DNA from: a bacterium | GTDB taxonomy: Bacteria > DUMJ01 | Assembly (NCBI GenBank): GCA_026418035.1 | Contig: JAOACC010000066.1 | Span: forward strand, 1 to 47,641 | Reading direction: 5' to 3' | DNA length: 47,641 nt | In this document: piece by piece, positions 1 through 9,919 of the stretch | How the letters are laid out: each line of letters opens with the position of its first letter | How positions within the stretch are numbered: the first letter of the stretch is position 1 | Made by a program: the position numbers and the translations under genes | Notes under the pieces: generated by a model | The model's database searches: none | Seen by the model: the letters and a program-made list of their open reading frames with translations, nothing else | What the model was told of the DNA's origin: nothing

Positions 1-181
1 CCTCATGCCCTATTACTCTAGGATAGGTGCACATTGGAGAAGTTCCTTTATATGCAGAGACATCAGAACCGCATATCCCTACAAATCTTACCCTTATCTT
101 TGCATATCCTTCAGGACATAGAGGCTCTTCGATTTCCCTTATAAAAGCATTCTTCGGTGTCTCTAGATAGACTGCTTTCAT
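1..181 (-). CDS. Zinc-dependent alcohol dehydrogenase (MDR family), N-terminal fragment running off the window edge
   Basis: ATG at 181 with GGAGG at 190-194 on the minus strand. Translation MKAVYLETPKNAFIREIEEPLCPEGYAKIRVRFVGICGSDVSAYKGTSPMCTYPRVIGHE carries the GxCGSD...GHE zinc-ADH signature. Absent from the ORF track because it is truncated. Confidence 0.7.
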   Translation of the reverse strand, partial: MKAVYLETPKNAFIREIEEPLCPEGYAKIRVRFVGICGSDVSAYKGTSPMCTYPRVIGHE

Positions 182-251
182 ATAAATTGCCTCCTTTTGT
201 AGCCTATATTCTCAACAATATCTATATTATACCAGAAAAATTCTAGTTCTA

Positions 252-280
252 TTGACAGGCATGTATGTAGGATGTATAAT
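252..280 (+). promoter_or_regulatory. Sigma-70 type promoter for csp
   Basis: TTGACA (252-257), 17-nt spacer, TATAAT (275-280). This is a perfect consensus about 50 nt upstream of the csp ATG. Confidence 0.6.
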
Positions 281-329
281 GAGTCTTGGACGAAGAGTCC
301 AGTTTTAAAATTTTTAGGAGGTATTTGTA

Positions 330-533
330 ATGGTAACAGGTAAAGTTAAGTGGTTCAACGCCCAGAAAGGGTATGGATTCATTACTCGGGATGATGGTGG
401 AGATGTATTCGTTCACTACTCAGCTATCAAAGGCCAAGGTTATCGAACCCTAGAAGAGGGCCAGAAAGTTGAGTTTGACGTTGTCCAGGGAGAAAAAGGA
501 CCGCAAGCAGCAAATGTAACTGTCTTAAGGTAA
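330..533 (+). CDS. csp: Cold-shock protein, CspA family
   Basis: 67 aa with RNP1 KGYGFI and RNP2 VFVHY motifs. AGGAGG lies 8 nt upstream. GC content is visibly higher than in neighbouring genes. Confidence 0.95.
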   Translation: MVTGKVKWFNAQKGYGFITRDDGGDVFVHYSAIKGQGYRTLEEGQKVEFDVVQGEKGPQAANVTVLR

Positions 534-552
534 ATTTAACCTGGAAAAGAAT

Positions 553-587
553 AGGCCCTGGAGAGATTCCAGGGCCTTAATTTTTTA
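553..587 (+). terminator. Rho-independent terminator after csp
   Basis: AGGCCCTGG (553-561) pairs with CCAGGGCCT (569-577) around a 7-nt loop and is followed by TAATTTTTT. Confidence 0.75.
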
Positions 588-601
588 TATATGTAATAAA
601 C

Positions 602-630
602 TTGACTACAAGATTCTAATTTATTAATAT
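602..630 (+). promoter_or_regulatory. Candidate promoter for the nuoE/nuoF-like pair
   Basis: TTGACT (602-607), 17-nt spacer, TAATAT (625-630). Confidence 0.4.
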
Positions 631-666
631 AGACTAAAAGCAAATTTAAAGGTTAGGAGGCGTGGA

Positions 667-1134
667 ATGAATATAGAAGAGGTACTGTCTAAATATGAAC
701 CAAAAAGGGAAAATATCCTCTTGATACTTCATGAAATACAAAATTCAAAGTCCAATCAATTTTTATCAAGAGAAGATATAGAAAGTGTAGCTAAGTATTT
801 AAACCTCCCTCCAAGCAAAGTATATGAAACTGCTACTTTTTATGGACTTTTTAGTACAAAGCCTAGAGGTAAATACATAATAAGGGTATGTGTATCTACG
901 CCCTGTCATGTCGAAGGAGCAGAAAAAATTTTAGAGACTTTAGAGGAGACTTTAGGAATAAAAGTAGGGGAAACAACAGAGGATGGTTTATTCACCCTTG
1001 AAGAGGTTAGTTGTTTAGGGATATGTGGAGTTGCTCCGGCAATGATGATAAATGAGGAGGCTTTTGGAAATCTTACGTCTGAGAGAGCTATCGAAATTAT
1101 AAATTCATTTAAAGAAAAAGAGGAGGAAAGATGA
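667..1134 (+). CDS. nuoE: NuoE/HydC/HoxE-like thioredoxin-fold [2Fe-2S] subunit
   Basis: 155 aa with cluster pattern C-x4-C (CVSTPC) and C-x3-C (CLGIC). A GGAGG RBS is present. Confidence 0.85.
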   Translation: MNIEEVLSKYEPKRENILLILHEIQNSKSNQFLSREDIESVAKYLNLPPSKVYETATFYGLFSTKPRGKYIIRVCVSTPCHVEGAEKILETLEETLGIKVGETTEDGLFTLEEVSCLGICGVAPAMMINEEAFGNLTSERAIEIINSFKEKEEER

Positions 1135-2762
1135 TAGTAAGAAGCCATATCCTTATAGGAATAGATGCTTCTTCGATTCTTGCTGGTGCTAGAGAAGTAA
1201 TGCAAGCGTTAATAAAAGAGATAGAAAGAAGGGGGCTTCAAGAAGAAGTAAAAGTTCTAGAAACAGGTTCTTTGGGAACTAGTAGTGATGGAGTAGTAAT
1301 GGTAATCTATCCTGAAGGGATATATTATAGAAATGTCAAAATAGAAGATGTGCCTGTAATAGTTGAAGAACACTTACTTAAAGGGAGACCAGTAAAAAGA
1401 CTTATGGCTCAAAGCGTGACTCCTGGTGTAGTAGTCAAAGAGCCTACAAAATTTGACGTATCTAAACAGCCCCGTATAGTATTGAAGAATGTAGGGCTAA
1501 TTAATCCTGATTCTATAGAGGAGTATATTGCCGTTGGAGGATATGAAGCTTTAGGTAAAGTCCTTTTAGAAATGCATCCTGAAGATGTAATACAGGAAAT
1601 AAAGAATTCTGGGCTTAGAGGAAGAGGTGGAGCAGGATTCCCGACTGGCCTAAAGTGGGAATTAGCCTTTAGAGCAAAGGGAAGTCCAAAGTATATAATC
1701 TGCAATGCGGACGAAGGGGAACCGGGAACGTTTAAAGATAGGCTTATACTTGAAGGTGACCCCCATAAAACTATTGAAGGTATGATAATAGCTGGATATG
1801 CAGTTGGAGCAAATACGGGTTATATATATGTTAGAGGCGAGTATGAGTTATCTATAGAAAGATTAGAAAGGGCAATATCCCAAGCTAGAGAATATGGGTT
1901 CCTTGGTAATAATATATTTGGGACAGATTTTAGTTTTGATATCTTTATAAAAAAGGGTGCTGGTGCCTATGTATGTGGAGAAGAGACTGCGCTAATAGAA
2001 TCTCTCGAGGGGAAAAGAGGAGAACCAAGATTTAAACCTCCCTATCCTACTGATGCAGGGCTATGGGGAAAACCTACAGTAATAAATAATGTAGAGACTC
2101 TAGCCAATGTGCCTAGCATTATCCAGAATGGAGCAGGTTGGTTTAGGAGCTTTGGGACCGAGAAATCCCCGGGAACAAAAGTCTATACAATACTAGGACA
2201 CATAGTAAATGCTGGACTTATAGAAGTACCTATGGGCGCTACTTTGAGGGAGATAATCTATGGATACGGTGGCGGTATGAGGTTAGGTAAATTTAAGATA
2301 GCTCAGGTAGGAGGAACTGCCGGTGCATTATTGGGAGAAGACGCTTTGGATGTTCCAATGGATTTTGATAATTTAAGGCCTTTAAACGCAACACTGGGTT
2401 CTGGAGCTATACTTATAATGAATGACTCTACCTGTATAGTTGATGTCCTAAAATCTGCTATAGCATTTTTCAGAAGAGAATCTTGCGGAAAATGTGTGCC
2501 TTGCAGAGTAGGTGGAGAAAAAATATATAAGATCATAAGTAATATAAACGGTAGTGAATCTGATGTTGTAGATAGATTAATGGATATAGCTCTCTATATG
2601 CAGCAGACAAGTTTCTGTGCCTTAGGGCAATCTTATATAATGCCAATAGCGTCTGCAATAAAATATTTCAAGGAAGAGATTATAGAACATACTTATGGAT
2701 ATTGCAGAACGGATAAGTGTAGATTTACCAAAGTATCTGAGCTAATTGAGATCGAAGCTTAG
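1131..2762 (+). CDS. nuoF: NuoF/HydB-like NAD(P)H-binding FMN/[4Fe-4S] flavoprotein subunit with a Cys-less N-terminal domain
   Basis: 543 aa. FMN site GRGGAGFPTG, nucleotide site CNADEGEPGTFKDR, N3-cluster motif ESCGKCVPCR...FCALG. ATGA overlap with the upstream gene. Confidence 0.85.
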   Translation: MIVRSHILIGIDASSILAGAREVMQALIKEIERRGLQEEVKVLETGSLGTSSDGVVMVIYPEGIYYRNVKIEDVPVIVEEHLLKGRPVKRLMAQSVTPGVVVKEPTKFDVSKQPRIVLKNVGLINPDSIEEYIAVGGYEALGKVLLEMHPEDVIQEIKNSGLRGRGGAGFPTGLKWELAFRAKGSPKYIICNADEGEPGTFKDRLILEGDPHKTIEGMIIAGYAVGANTGYIYVRGEYELSIERLERAISQAREYGFLGNNIFGTDFSFDIFIKKGAGAYVCGEETALIESLEGKRGEPRFKPPYPTDAGLWGKPTVINNVETLANVPSIIQNGAGWFRSFGTEKSPGTKVYTILGHIVNAGLIEVPMGATLREIIYGYGGGMRLGKFKIAQVGGTAGALLGEDALDVPMDFDNLRPLNATLGSGAILIMNDSTCIVDVLKSAIAFFRRESCGKCVPCRVGGEKIYKIISNINGSESDVVDRLMDIALYMQQTSFCALGQSYIMPIASAIKYFKEEIIEHTYGYCRTDKCRFTKVSELIEIEA

Positions 2763-3766
2763 CAGATTCTAGGAAGAGGGTCACCTGAGAGCATATCTAA
2801 AAGCCGTCTAACTCCTAGTCTAGTAATTAGAACGACTTTACCAGGATGTTCTCTCGTGACCCTTCCTATTATTTTCGCATCCTTTCCATACGGAGAATTT
2901 TTCATTACTCTTAAAAGCAAGTCAGCTTTACTTTCAGGAACTATAGCTATAAGTTTTCCTTCATTTGCTATATAGAGAGGGTCAATACCTAGGAGCTCAC
3001 AGGCGCTCCTCACTGAATCCTTTATAGGGATCTCTGATTCCTCTATCTCTATACCAACATTAGATGCCTGTGCAATCTCATTAAGAGTTGTAGCAAATCC
3101 GCCTCTAGTAGGGTCTCTAAGTACACTAATCTCTGGAACAGCCTCTATCATTTCTTTAACTAACCTGTTAAGAGGAGCGGTATCGCTCTTTACATCTACC
3201 GAAAAACTTAAACTTTTTCTTGCACTTAATATAGCTATACCGTGGTCCCCTACAGTTCCACTTACTATTACTACTTCCCCTGGTTTAGCATTATCTCCTC
3301 TTATATTTATTCCATTGGGGATAACCCCTATACCAGAGGTATTTATAAATACCTTATCTGCTTTTCCCTTTTCGACTACTTTTGTATCTCCAGTTACAAC
3401 CTTTACTCCAGCCTCTTCTATCGCCTCTTTTATAGATAAAACTATTCTTTCTAATTCTTCAAATAATAATCCTTCTTCGATGATAATGCCAAGACTTATA
3501 TATAAAGGTTCAGCACCAACCATTGCCAAGTCATTAACCGTTCCATATATAGCTAGTTTACCTATATCTCCCCCAGGGAAAAATATAGGATTTACAACAT
3601 AACTATCAGTAGTAAAGGCTAAATTTCCACTAAATGTAAATGTTGCCGAATCATTCATCTGGTATAAAATCTCATTGCCAAGATATTTTACAAAAATATC
3701 CTTTATAAGCTGATGAGTAAGCCTTCCTCCGCTACCATATGCAAGTGTTATTCTCTTTTCACTCAT
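2759..3766 (-). CDS. hypE: [NiFe]-hydrogenase maturation protein HypE
   Basis: 335 aa, AIR-synthase/PurM-like sequence ending in the characteristic C-terminal PRIC motif. Confidence 0.9.
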   Translation of the reverse strand: MSEKRITLAYGSGGRLTHQLIKDIFVKYLGNEILYQMNDSATFTFSGNLAFTTDSYVVNPIFFPGGDIGKLAIYGTVNDLAMVGAEPLYISLGIIIEEGLLFEELERIVLSIKEAIEEAGVKVVTGDTKVVEKGKADKVFINTSGIGVIPNGINIRGDNAKPGEVVIVSGTVGDHGIAILSARKSLSFSVDVKSDTAPLNRLVKEMIEAVPEISVLRDPTRGGFATTLNEIAQASNVGIEIEESEIPIKDSVRSACELLGIDPLYIANEGKLIAIVPESKADLLLRVMKNSPYGKDAKIIGRVTREHPGKVVLITRLGVRRLLDMLSGDPLPRIC

Positions 3767-4854
3767 TACTTTGCTCCATATAGATAATAAGCACTACAGG
3801 TTCCCTCTGAAGACACCATACAGGGACCTATTGGATTGGTAGGGTTACAGACCTTATTAAAAAGAGGACATTCTAACGGTGAAGTAACACCTCTTATAAC
3901 TTCACCACATTTACATAACTTATGCCTTACTACATTCTCAATATTAATAGGAAATTGAATACTAGCGTCAAAATTCCTATACTTCTCTCTTATCTTTAAC
4001 CCACTTTTCGGAAGTCTTCCTAAACCTCTCCAGTAAGAATCTGTCACTTCAAATACTTCATACATTAAATTCTGCGCTAGCTTATTCCCTTTAGGTTTTA
4101 CCGCTCTAAGGTAAGTATTTACTACTCTAGGAGTTTTATCCCTAATCATCTCCAATAAAGCCCTTATACCAAGTAGTATATCTATAGTATCAAAACCTGC
4201 TATTGCTATTGGCATTTTATAATTATCTGGAATAAAACTCCACGCCTCTGAACCTATAACAGTGCTGACATGTCCAGGACCAAGTATACCATCTAACTTT
4301 ACTTCTCCAAGCTCTAGAATAGATCTCATAGCTGGAGGTGTAAGCTTATGCATAGAATAGACAAAGAAGTTATCTATTCTCCTTCTTTTTGCCTCAATTA
4401 TAGCACCTGCAACTGTAGGAGCAGTAGTTTCAAACCCTACCCCTAAAAAAATAACACTTTTTCTAGGATTTTGTTCTGCTATTTCTAAAGCGGACATACA
4501 ACTGTAGACTATTCTTATATCTTTACCCTCTGCCTTTATATCTTGAAGACTCTTATAACTTCCTGGAACTTTAACCATATCTCCAAAGGTTACCAGTATA
4601 GTGTTTGGTATCTCTGCTAAGGCTAGTGAGTAATCTATGTCCAGATTATCAGTTACACATACAGGACAACCAGGACCTGAGAGCATAGTAACATTTTCAG
4701 GAAGAAGCTCTCTAATACCAAACCTAAAGATAGAGTGAGTATGAGTCCCACAAAATTCCATAATGGTGATATCTCCAAGAGATAAAGAAATTTCTTCTAT
4801 CTCGGATAAGATTTTTTTAGAGAGTTGAGTATCGTTATAGTCTAGAATTTTCAT
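3766..4854 (-). CDS. hypD: [NiFe]-hydrogenase maturation protein HypD
   Basis: 362 aa with CGTHTH and GPGCPVCV motifs. 1-nt overlap with hypE. Confidence 0.9.
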   Translation of the reverse strand: MKILDYNDTQLSKKILSEIEEISLSLGDITIMEFCGTHTHSIFRFGIRELLPENVTMLSGPGCPVCVTDNLDIDYSLALAEIPNTILVTFGDMVKVPGSYKSLQDIKAEGKDIRIVYSCMSALEIAEQNPRKSVIFLGVGFETTAPTVAGAIIEAKRRRIDNFFVYSMHKLTPPAMRSILELGEVKLDGILGPGHVSTVIGSEAWSFIPDNYKMPIAIAGFDTIDILLGIRALLEMIRDKTPRVVNTYLRAVKPKGNKLAQNLMYEVFEVTDSYWRGLGRLPKSGLKIREKYRNFDASIQFPINIENVVRHKLCKCGEVIRGVTSPLECPLFNKVCNPTNPIGPCMVSSEGTCSAYYLYGAK

Positions 4855-5983
4855 TCTTTTTTATTTCTTCCAAAATCCTATAGCTTTCTCTCACTTTGAA
4901 AGCTAAATAAGATTCTAAAGGAATATTACAAATATTCTGCAAAACACTTTCTAATCCTTCTTCTTTTATCTTTTCCTGCAACTCTAGCGCATCCTTATCT
5001 TCTTTATAGTCAAAGAGAAGTGCACCTGCTATTCCAAAAGCCAGGTTATCGAACGGTAAACCATTCTTCTCGCATTCTAAAGCCGGACCAACCAATCTAT
5101 CCTCAGGTTTTAACTTTCTTATTGGGTCTCTAGCTACTCTATATACGGTATCTCCAAGTTCTCTGTTAGAGAATCTCTTTAGAAGAACTTCTATATAACT
5201 ATCTATGTAAGCTAAATCTAGACCCAACTTAGTTAGAAGCACCTTTACTTCATACAAAGCACCAACAAGAATTTCTCTTATCCAATTATCCTGTATAGCG
5301 TCGGATACATTAGTATACCCTTTAAGATAACCTAAATATCCAAGAACCGCATGGCCCATATTTACTGTATATATCTTTCTCTTCCAAAAAAGTTCAAATC
5401 TATCTACAAATTCTAACCCTTCTATGTTAGGAAGGGAACCAACAAAGGTAGATTTTTCTATAAGAAATTCATTATAATCCTCAACATTTACCAAAAGACT
5501 ACCTCTTTCGGTAGGAGGAATTATACGTCCTATCTCTACATTGGGAAAGCCGATCCATTCAGGTAAAGGAGAAAGGTATTTAGAGATCTCTAACCTTAAC
5601 CTTTCGGTAGAGCGAAAGAAATTTTCACAAGCCATAACATTTACAGGTTCAGCTTTATGTAAAGCTAAGCCTTCTGCTATTATAGGAGCAAGTGAGAGAT
5701 AGATATTTGGGCCAACAGCAGTAGATACTATATTAGCCCTTGATATATACTCCAGAATCTTTTCCCTATCTCTATCTATATGATAGACCTCAAAGTTCTC
5801 AACCTTTTCTTCTCTTATAGACTCACCTATAAGTCTTACGATATAGTATCCCTTTTCTCTTAGTAAAGAAATAAGCTGCTCATCAATATCAGCAAAAACA
5901 ACCTTATAACCAGCTTTAGAAAAAATATGGCCTATATGTCCTCTACCTACATTACCTGCTCCAAATTGAACAATAATATTCAT
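4835..5983 (-). CDS. mtlD: Mannitol-1-phosphate 5-dehydrogenase-like polyol dehydrogenase
   Basis: 382 aa. N-terminal FGAGNVGRGHIG Rossmann motif and collinear by-eye similarity to E. coli MtlD (ACEN..., TVNMGHA...). Substrate is not certain. Confidence 0.65.
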   Translation of the reverse strand: MNIIVQFGAGNVGRGHIGHIFSKAGYKVVFADIDEQLISLLREKGYYIVRLIGESIREEKVENFEVYHIDRDREKILEYISRANIVSTAVGPNIYLSLAPIIAEGLALHKAEPVNVMACENFFRSTERLRLEISKYLSPLPEWIGFPNVEIGRIIPPTERGSLLVNVEDYNEFLIEKSTFVGSLPNIEGLEFVDRFELFWKRKIYTVNMGHAVLGYLGYLKGYTNVSDAIQDNWIREILVGALYEVKVLLTKLGLDLAYIDSYIEVLLKRFSNRELGDTVYRVARDPIRKLKPEDRLVGPALECEKNGLPFDNLAFGIAGALLFDYKEDKDALELQEKIKEEGLESVLQNICNIPLESYLAFKVRESYRILEEIKKNENSRL

Positions 5984-5986
5984 CTA

Positions 5987-7096
5987 TTATCCTTCTAGAT
6001 ACTCCTTAAGCTTCTTTGCTCTACTTGGATGTCTCAGTTTTCTAAGAGCTTTAGCCTCTATCTGCCTTATCCTCTCTCTAGTTACATTGAACATCTTTCC
6101 AACTTCTTCTAATGTGTGGGGTCTTTCCCCCCCTAAACCAAATCTAAGTATTAGTATCTCCCTTTCCCTTGGAGAAAGACCTTCCAATATTTCCTGGATA
6201 TCTTCTGAAAGTAAATGCTGAGAAGCGGTATCAGCAGGGGCTACTGTGGTTGTATCCTCAATTAGGTCTCCCAATCTACTATCTTCCTCTTCTCCAACAG
6301 GAGTTTCCAGGGATATGGGTTCTTGAGCAGTTTTTATTATTTCCTCTATCTTTTCAGGAGGCATATCCATCCTTTCAGCAATCTCTTCTATGGTTGGTTC
6401 CCTTCCCAATTCTTGAAGAAGTTGACGAGAATGTTTAACTAACTTATTAATTGTCTCTATCATATGGACAGGTATACGAATAGTCCTAGCTTGGTCAGCT
6501 ATAGCCCTCGTTATCGCCTGTCTTATCCACCAGGTAGCATATGTACTAAATTTATAACCTTTCCTATAGTCAAACTTTTCTACTGCCCTCATCAAACCAA
6601 GATTTCCTTCCTGAATAAGATCTAGGAAAGAAAGCCCTCTACCTATATATTTTTTGGCTATGCTGACTACAAGTCTTAAATTAGAATTTATAAGTTTTTC
6701 CCTAGCTGATTGATCATTATTTTCCTTAAATTTTTTGGCAAGCTCCACTTCTTCTTCGGGAGTAAGTAGTGGAATCTTGCCTATCTCTCTAAGATAGAGT
6801 CTTACAGCATCATCTAGAGGTATAGCTTCCTCTACCTCCAGCTCCTCCTCTAACTTCTCAGCCTCTATAGGTAATTTCTTTAGTTCTTCATCCTCTTCTA
6901 TTTCTATACCAAGATTTAAGAGAAGTTTATAGAGATAATCTAAGTGGTCAATATCCAGTTCTTCTCCTGGAATAGCCTTTAGTATATCATCGTGGGTAAC
7001 AAATCCTTGATTCCTGCCCTTATCTACAAGATGTTCTATATTAGAATCAAACTCTTCACCTATAAATTCTTCTTTCTCCCTAATCTTCTCATCCAT
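5987..7096 (-). CDS. rpoD: RNA polymerase primary sigma factor
   Basis: 369 aa. Region 2 ([13 protein letters not shown]) and region 4.2 ([20 protein letters not shown]). Lies downstream of dnaG as in the classical operon. Confidence 0.95.
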   Translation of the reverse strand: MDEKIREKEEFIGEEFDSNIEHLVDKGRNQGFVTHDDILKAIPGEELDIDHLDYLYKLLLNLGIEIEEDEELKKLPIEAEKLEEELEVEEAIPLDDAVRLYLREIGKIPLLTPEEEVELAKKFKENNDQSAREKLINSNLRLVVSIAKKYIGRGLSFLDLIQEGNLGLMRAVEKFDYRKGYKFSTYATWWIRQAITRAIADQARTIRIPVHMIETINKLVKHSRQLLQELGREPTIEEIAERMDMPPEKIEEIIKTAQEPISLETPVGEEEDSRLGDLIEDTTTVAPADTASQHLLSEDIQEILEGLSPREREILILRFGLGGERPHTLEEVGKMFNVTRERIRQIEAKALRKLRHPSRAKKLKEYLEG

Positions 7097-8858
7097 TTAT
7101 AGACATTCTCCTTTCCCCTATACTAAAAATCTCCTTAGTTAAATCTTGAATCTTAGTAGCAAGTTCTTTAGCTTTCTCAACCTCACCACTCTTCTCAGCT
7201 AACTCTAATTCTCTTATTAGCTCCTCTTTCTTCTTTTGCAATATTATACCATTTAATCTATTTATAGTTTCATTTAAGTTATTCTCAGATAATTCTATCT
7301 GTTCAGAGATATTTATCTTAGCTATTATACTTGAAAGATTATCATCTTCTATCTCGAACCCACCTTCCTCAAAATTCCACTGTAATAGACGTTCATATAT
7401 CTCTCTATATTCCTTTATTGTAAAAACATCTGATTGAAAAATCTCCTTTATTATGTTAAGAAATTTAACATCATTAAGTGCAAAAAATAACAATTGCCTT
7501 TCCAATTTCTCCCTCAATGTATCTATATCTTCTCTTCGCATCCAGCTTAATGCAGAGATAGAAGTGACCTCAAACTCTTTCTTCCTTGAGGTATAGAAAA
7601 GGTCAAATTCTCTATATAGTAACTCTGGAGGAATCTTCCCCAGAGTAGCAATCTTATCTAGATATGCCCTCTGAACAGATACTCTAGGTTCACTCCTCAA
7701 AAGAGGGAAAAACTCCTGAAAAAACTGAATCCTTCCCTCTAAAGAGGTAATCTCATATCTATTTATTAACAGGTCTAACATATAATCTAAAAATGGCTTG
7801 GCTCTATTTATAATGTCTAAAAAAACTATAGGACCCTGATTACGTATAAACTCGTCAGGGTCTTTAAAAACGGTCCAGCGTGCTATTCTAACATTACAAC
7901 CAACTTCTCTTAAAATATTAGCACCTCTAACTACAGCTAAATCACCAGCAGTATCTGTATCAAAAGCAATAACTATATCCTTTGCTATTCTTTTTAAGGC
8001 TAAACCTTGTTCTCGAGTAAAAGAAGTTCCCATAGAAGCTACTACATTCTTTATACCAGCCTGATACAGAGATATACAATCCATATATCCTTCAACTATA
8101 ATTACCTGGTCCTTTTTCATTATCTCATCTCTAGTCTGATAAAGACCATAAAGGATATGCCCTTTTTTGAAGATAGGAGTTTCTGGCGTATTTATATACT
8201 TAGGTAGTGAATCATCTAAAACTCTACCACCAAAACCTACTGTATGACCTGTCATATCTATAATAGGAAATATTATACGATCTCTAAATCTATCATAGCA
8301 CTTGCCCGTTTCCTTATCATTTATTATAAGTCCTAACATTTCTTGTACTTCTATACTTATGCCCTTTTTTTCTAAAAATTTCTGAAGTGCATTCCAACTA
8401 GCTATAGCATAACCGAGTTTAAAAGTATCGATAGTCTCTTTTTTTATGCCTCTCTTAGCTAGATATTCTCTAGGACCTTTACCATATTGTGTTTCTACAA
8501 GTATATAGTTAAAATACTTCATAACAAGGTCATTTATCTTATAAAGTTCTCTAATTCCTCCAACACCTTCATCGCTAGTATCATCTAACTCTATTCCAAC
8601 ACGTCTACCAAGTTGAGCAAGCGCCTCTCTATAGGAGAGATGTTCGATCTTCATCAAGAACTTTACTACATCTCCTCCTTCTTTACAGCCAAAGCAATAG
8701 AATAGCTGTTTTTCTGGACTTACTGTAAAAGATGGATTATGATCGTTATGAAACGGACAAAGTCCTATATAATTCTTGCCAGATCTAGTTAGCTTAACAT
8801 AAGAAGAGATAAAATCTACTATATCAACTCTCTCTTTTATCCTTTGAGAGATACTCAT
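7089..8858 (-). CDS. dnaG: DNA primase
   Basis: 589 aa. Zinc ribbon [11 protein letters not shown]...CFGC and TOPRIM motifs VEGYMD and FDTDTAG. Confidence 0.95.
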   Translation of the reverse strand: MSISQRIKERVDIVDFISSYVKLTRSGKNYIGLCPFHNDHNPSFTVSPEKQLFYCFGCKEGGDVVKFLMKIEHLSYREALAQLGRRVGIELDDTSDEGVGGIRELYKINDLVMKYFNYILVETQYGKGPREYLAKRGIKKETIDTFKLGYAIASWNALQKFLEKKGISIEVQEMLGLIINDKETGKCYDRFRDRIIFPIIDMTGHTVGFGGRVLDDSLPKYINTPETPIFKKGHILYGLYQTRDEIMKKDQVIIVEGYMDCISLYQAGIKNVVASMGTSFTREQGLALKRIAKDIVIAFDTDTAGDLAVVRGANILREVGCNVRIARWTVFKDPDEFIRNQGPIVFLDIINRAKPFLDYMLDLLINRYEITSLEGRIQFFQEFFPLLRSEPRVSVQRAYLDKIATLGKIPPELLYREFDLFYTSRKKEFEVTSISALSWMRREDIDTLREKLERQLLFFALNDVKFLNIIKEIFQSDVFTIKEYREIYERLLQWNFEEGGFEIEDDNLSSIIAKINISEQIELSENNLNETINRLNGIILQKKKEELIRELELAEKSGEVEKAKELATKIQDLTKEIFSIGERRMSING

Positions 8859-8881
8859 ATTAATATTATATCACGCAAAAG

Positions 8882-9916
8882 TTATCTCTTTGATATAACA
8901 CCAATTCGAGGGGAATTTCGTACAATAATCTCTATTGTATTCCCCTCTTTAGCTATCTCTGACTTTACATATCCCATACCGATTCCAACATCAAACTTAG
9001 GTGAATAACTACCAGAGGTAACTTTACCTACTTTAATTCCTTGATATCTAATTTCATCTCCTTTTCTAGGAATCACTTTATCTTGCATTCTAAACCAGAC
9101 TAATCTTTCTTCAGTTCCACTTATAACAAGTTCTCTAATTCTCTCAGAACCTATAAAATTTCTATTATCCAATTTTATAAATCTCTCAAGTCCTGCGGTT
9201 ATTGGATCTATATCTTCACTTAGTTCATTGCCGTATAAACAATATCCTGCTTCAAGTCTAAGTATATCTCTAGCACCTAAACCACAAGGGATTCCACCCA
9301 AAGATAACGCTTTTCCCCATAAAGAGGAAATCATATCAGACGGGGTAAATATTTCAAATCCATCCTCGCCAGTATATCCTGTTCTAGAAATAATAAAAAC
9401 ATTTAGCTTAAGTATATAAAATCTCTTTAGCCCACTTAACTCAACATCAAACATCTTTTCTACTAAGTCCTTAGCATTTGGACCTTGTATAGCTATAGAG
9501 GATAGACGCTCTGTAACATCTTCTATAGCTTCATCTTCGCTATGTAACTTTAACCAGTTCCAGACTTTATAGCGATTACAGGCATTAGATATAAGCAAAA
9601 ATTCTTTGTTATCCAAATTAATAAGAATAGTATCATCTATTATTCCTCCTCTTTCATTACAAAGAAGAGTATACTGAGCCTTCCCAATGCCAAGTTTTTG
9701 AGGATCATTTGTAAAGAGTGTATCTAAAAATTTTAAAGAATCAACAGTTATCAAAAATCGACCCATATGAGACACATCAAATATACCTACATTACTTCTA
9801 GTAGCCTTAGACTCTTCTATAATACTAGTATAATAAAGCGGCATCTGCCAACCAAAAAAATCTACAAATTTTGCACCCAAAGTTATATGTGACTCGTAAA
9901 GCGGGGTATATTTCAT
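8882..9916 (-). CDS. gcvT: Glycine cleavage system aminomethyltransferase (T protein)
   Basis: 344 aa. N-terminus TPLYESH...GAKFVDFFGWQMPLYY and VGIFDVSHMGRF are typical of GcvT. Confidence 0.85.
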   Translation of the reverse strand: MKYTPLYESHITLGAKFVDFFGWQMPLYYTSIIEESKATRSNVGIFDVSHMGRFLITVDSLKFLDTLFTNDPQKLGIGKAQYTLLCNERGGIIDDTILINLDNKEFLLISNACNRYKVWNWLKLHSEDEAIEDVTERLSSIAIQGPNAKDLVEKMFDVELSGLKRFYILKLNVFIISRTGYTGEDGFEIFTPSDMISSLWGKALSLGGIPCGLGARDILRLEAGYCLYGNELSEDIDPITAGLERFIKLDNRNFIGSERIRELVISGTEERLVWFRMQDKVIPRKGDEIRYQGIKVGKVTSGSYSPKFDVGIGMGYVKSEIAKEGNTIEIIVRNSPRIGVISKR

Positions 9917-9919
9917 TTT

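Noticed and set aside
281-329. Possible structured cold-box element or hairpin (TGGAC-GAAGA-GTCCA) in the csp 5' UTR
   Set aside because: The stem is only 5 bp and cannot be distinguished from chance without comparative data.
906-1205. Short antisense or out-of-frame track ORFs. Examples: 906-1205, 1409-1705, 2303-2536, 3242-3602, 6169-6438, 8007-8207, 9228-9419, 10680-10886, 12077-12271, 12591-12803, 13533-13718, 14365-14631, 15012-15319, 20912-21157, 23051-23323, 27654-27869, 30484-30666, 31167-31385, 32513-32779, 33091-33616, 34367-34555, 35189-35419, 35891-36109, 36460-36675, 40085-40351, 40658-40864
   Set aside because: Each is nested in or opposite a longer ORF with clear family motifs. 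None has a convincing RBS or a recognisable domain.
8859-9919. Glycine riboswitch upstream of gcvT
   Set aside because: Only 3 nt separate gcvT from the upstream MBL gene, so there is no room for a riboswitch.
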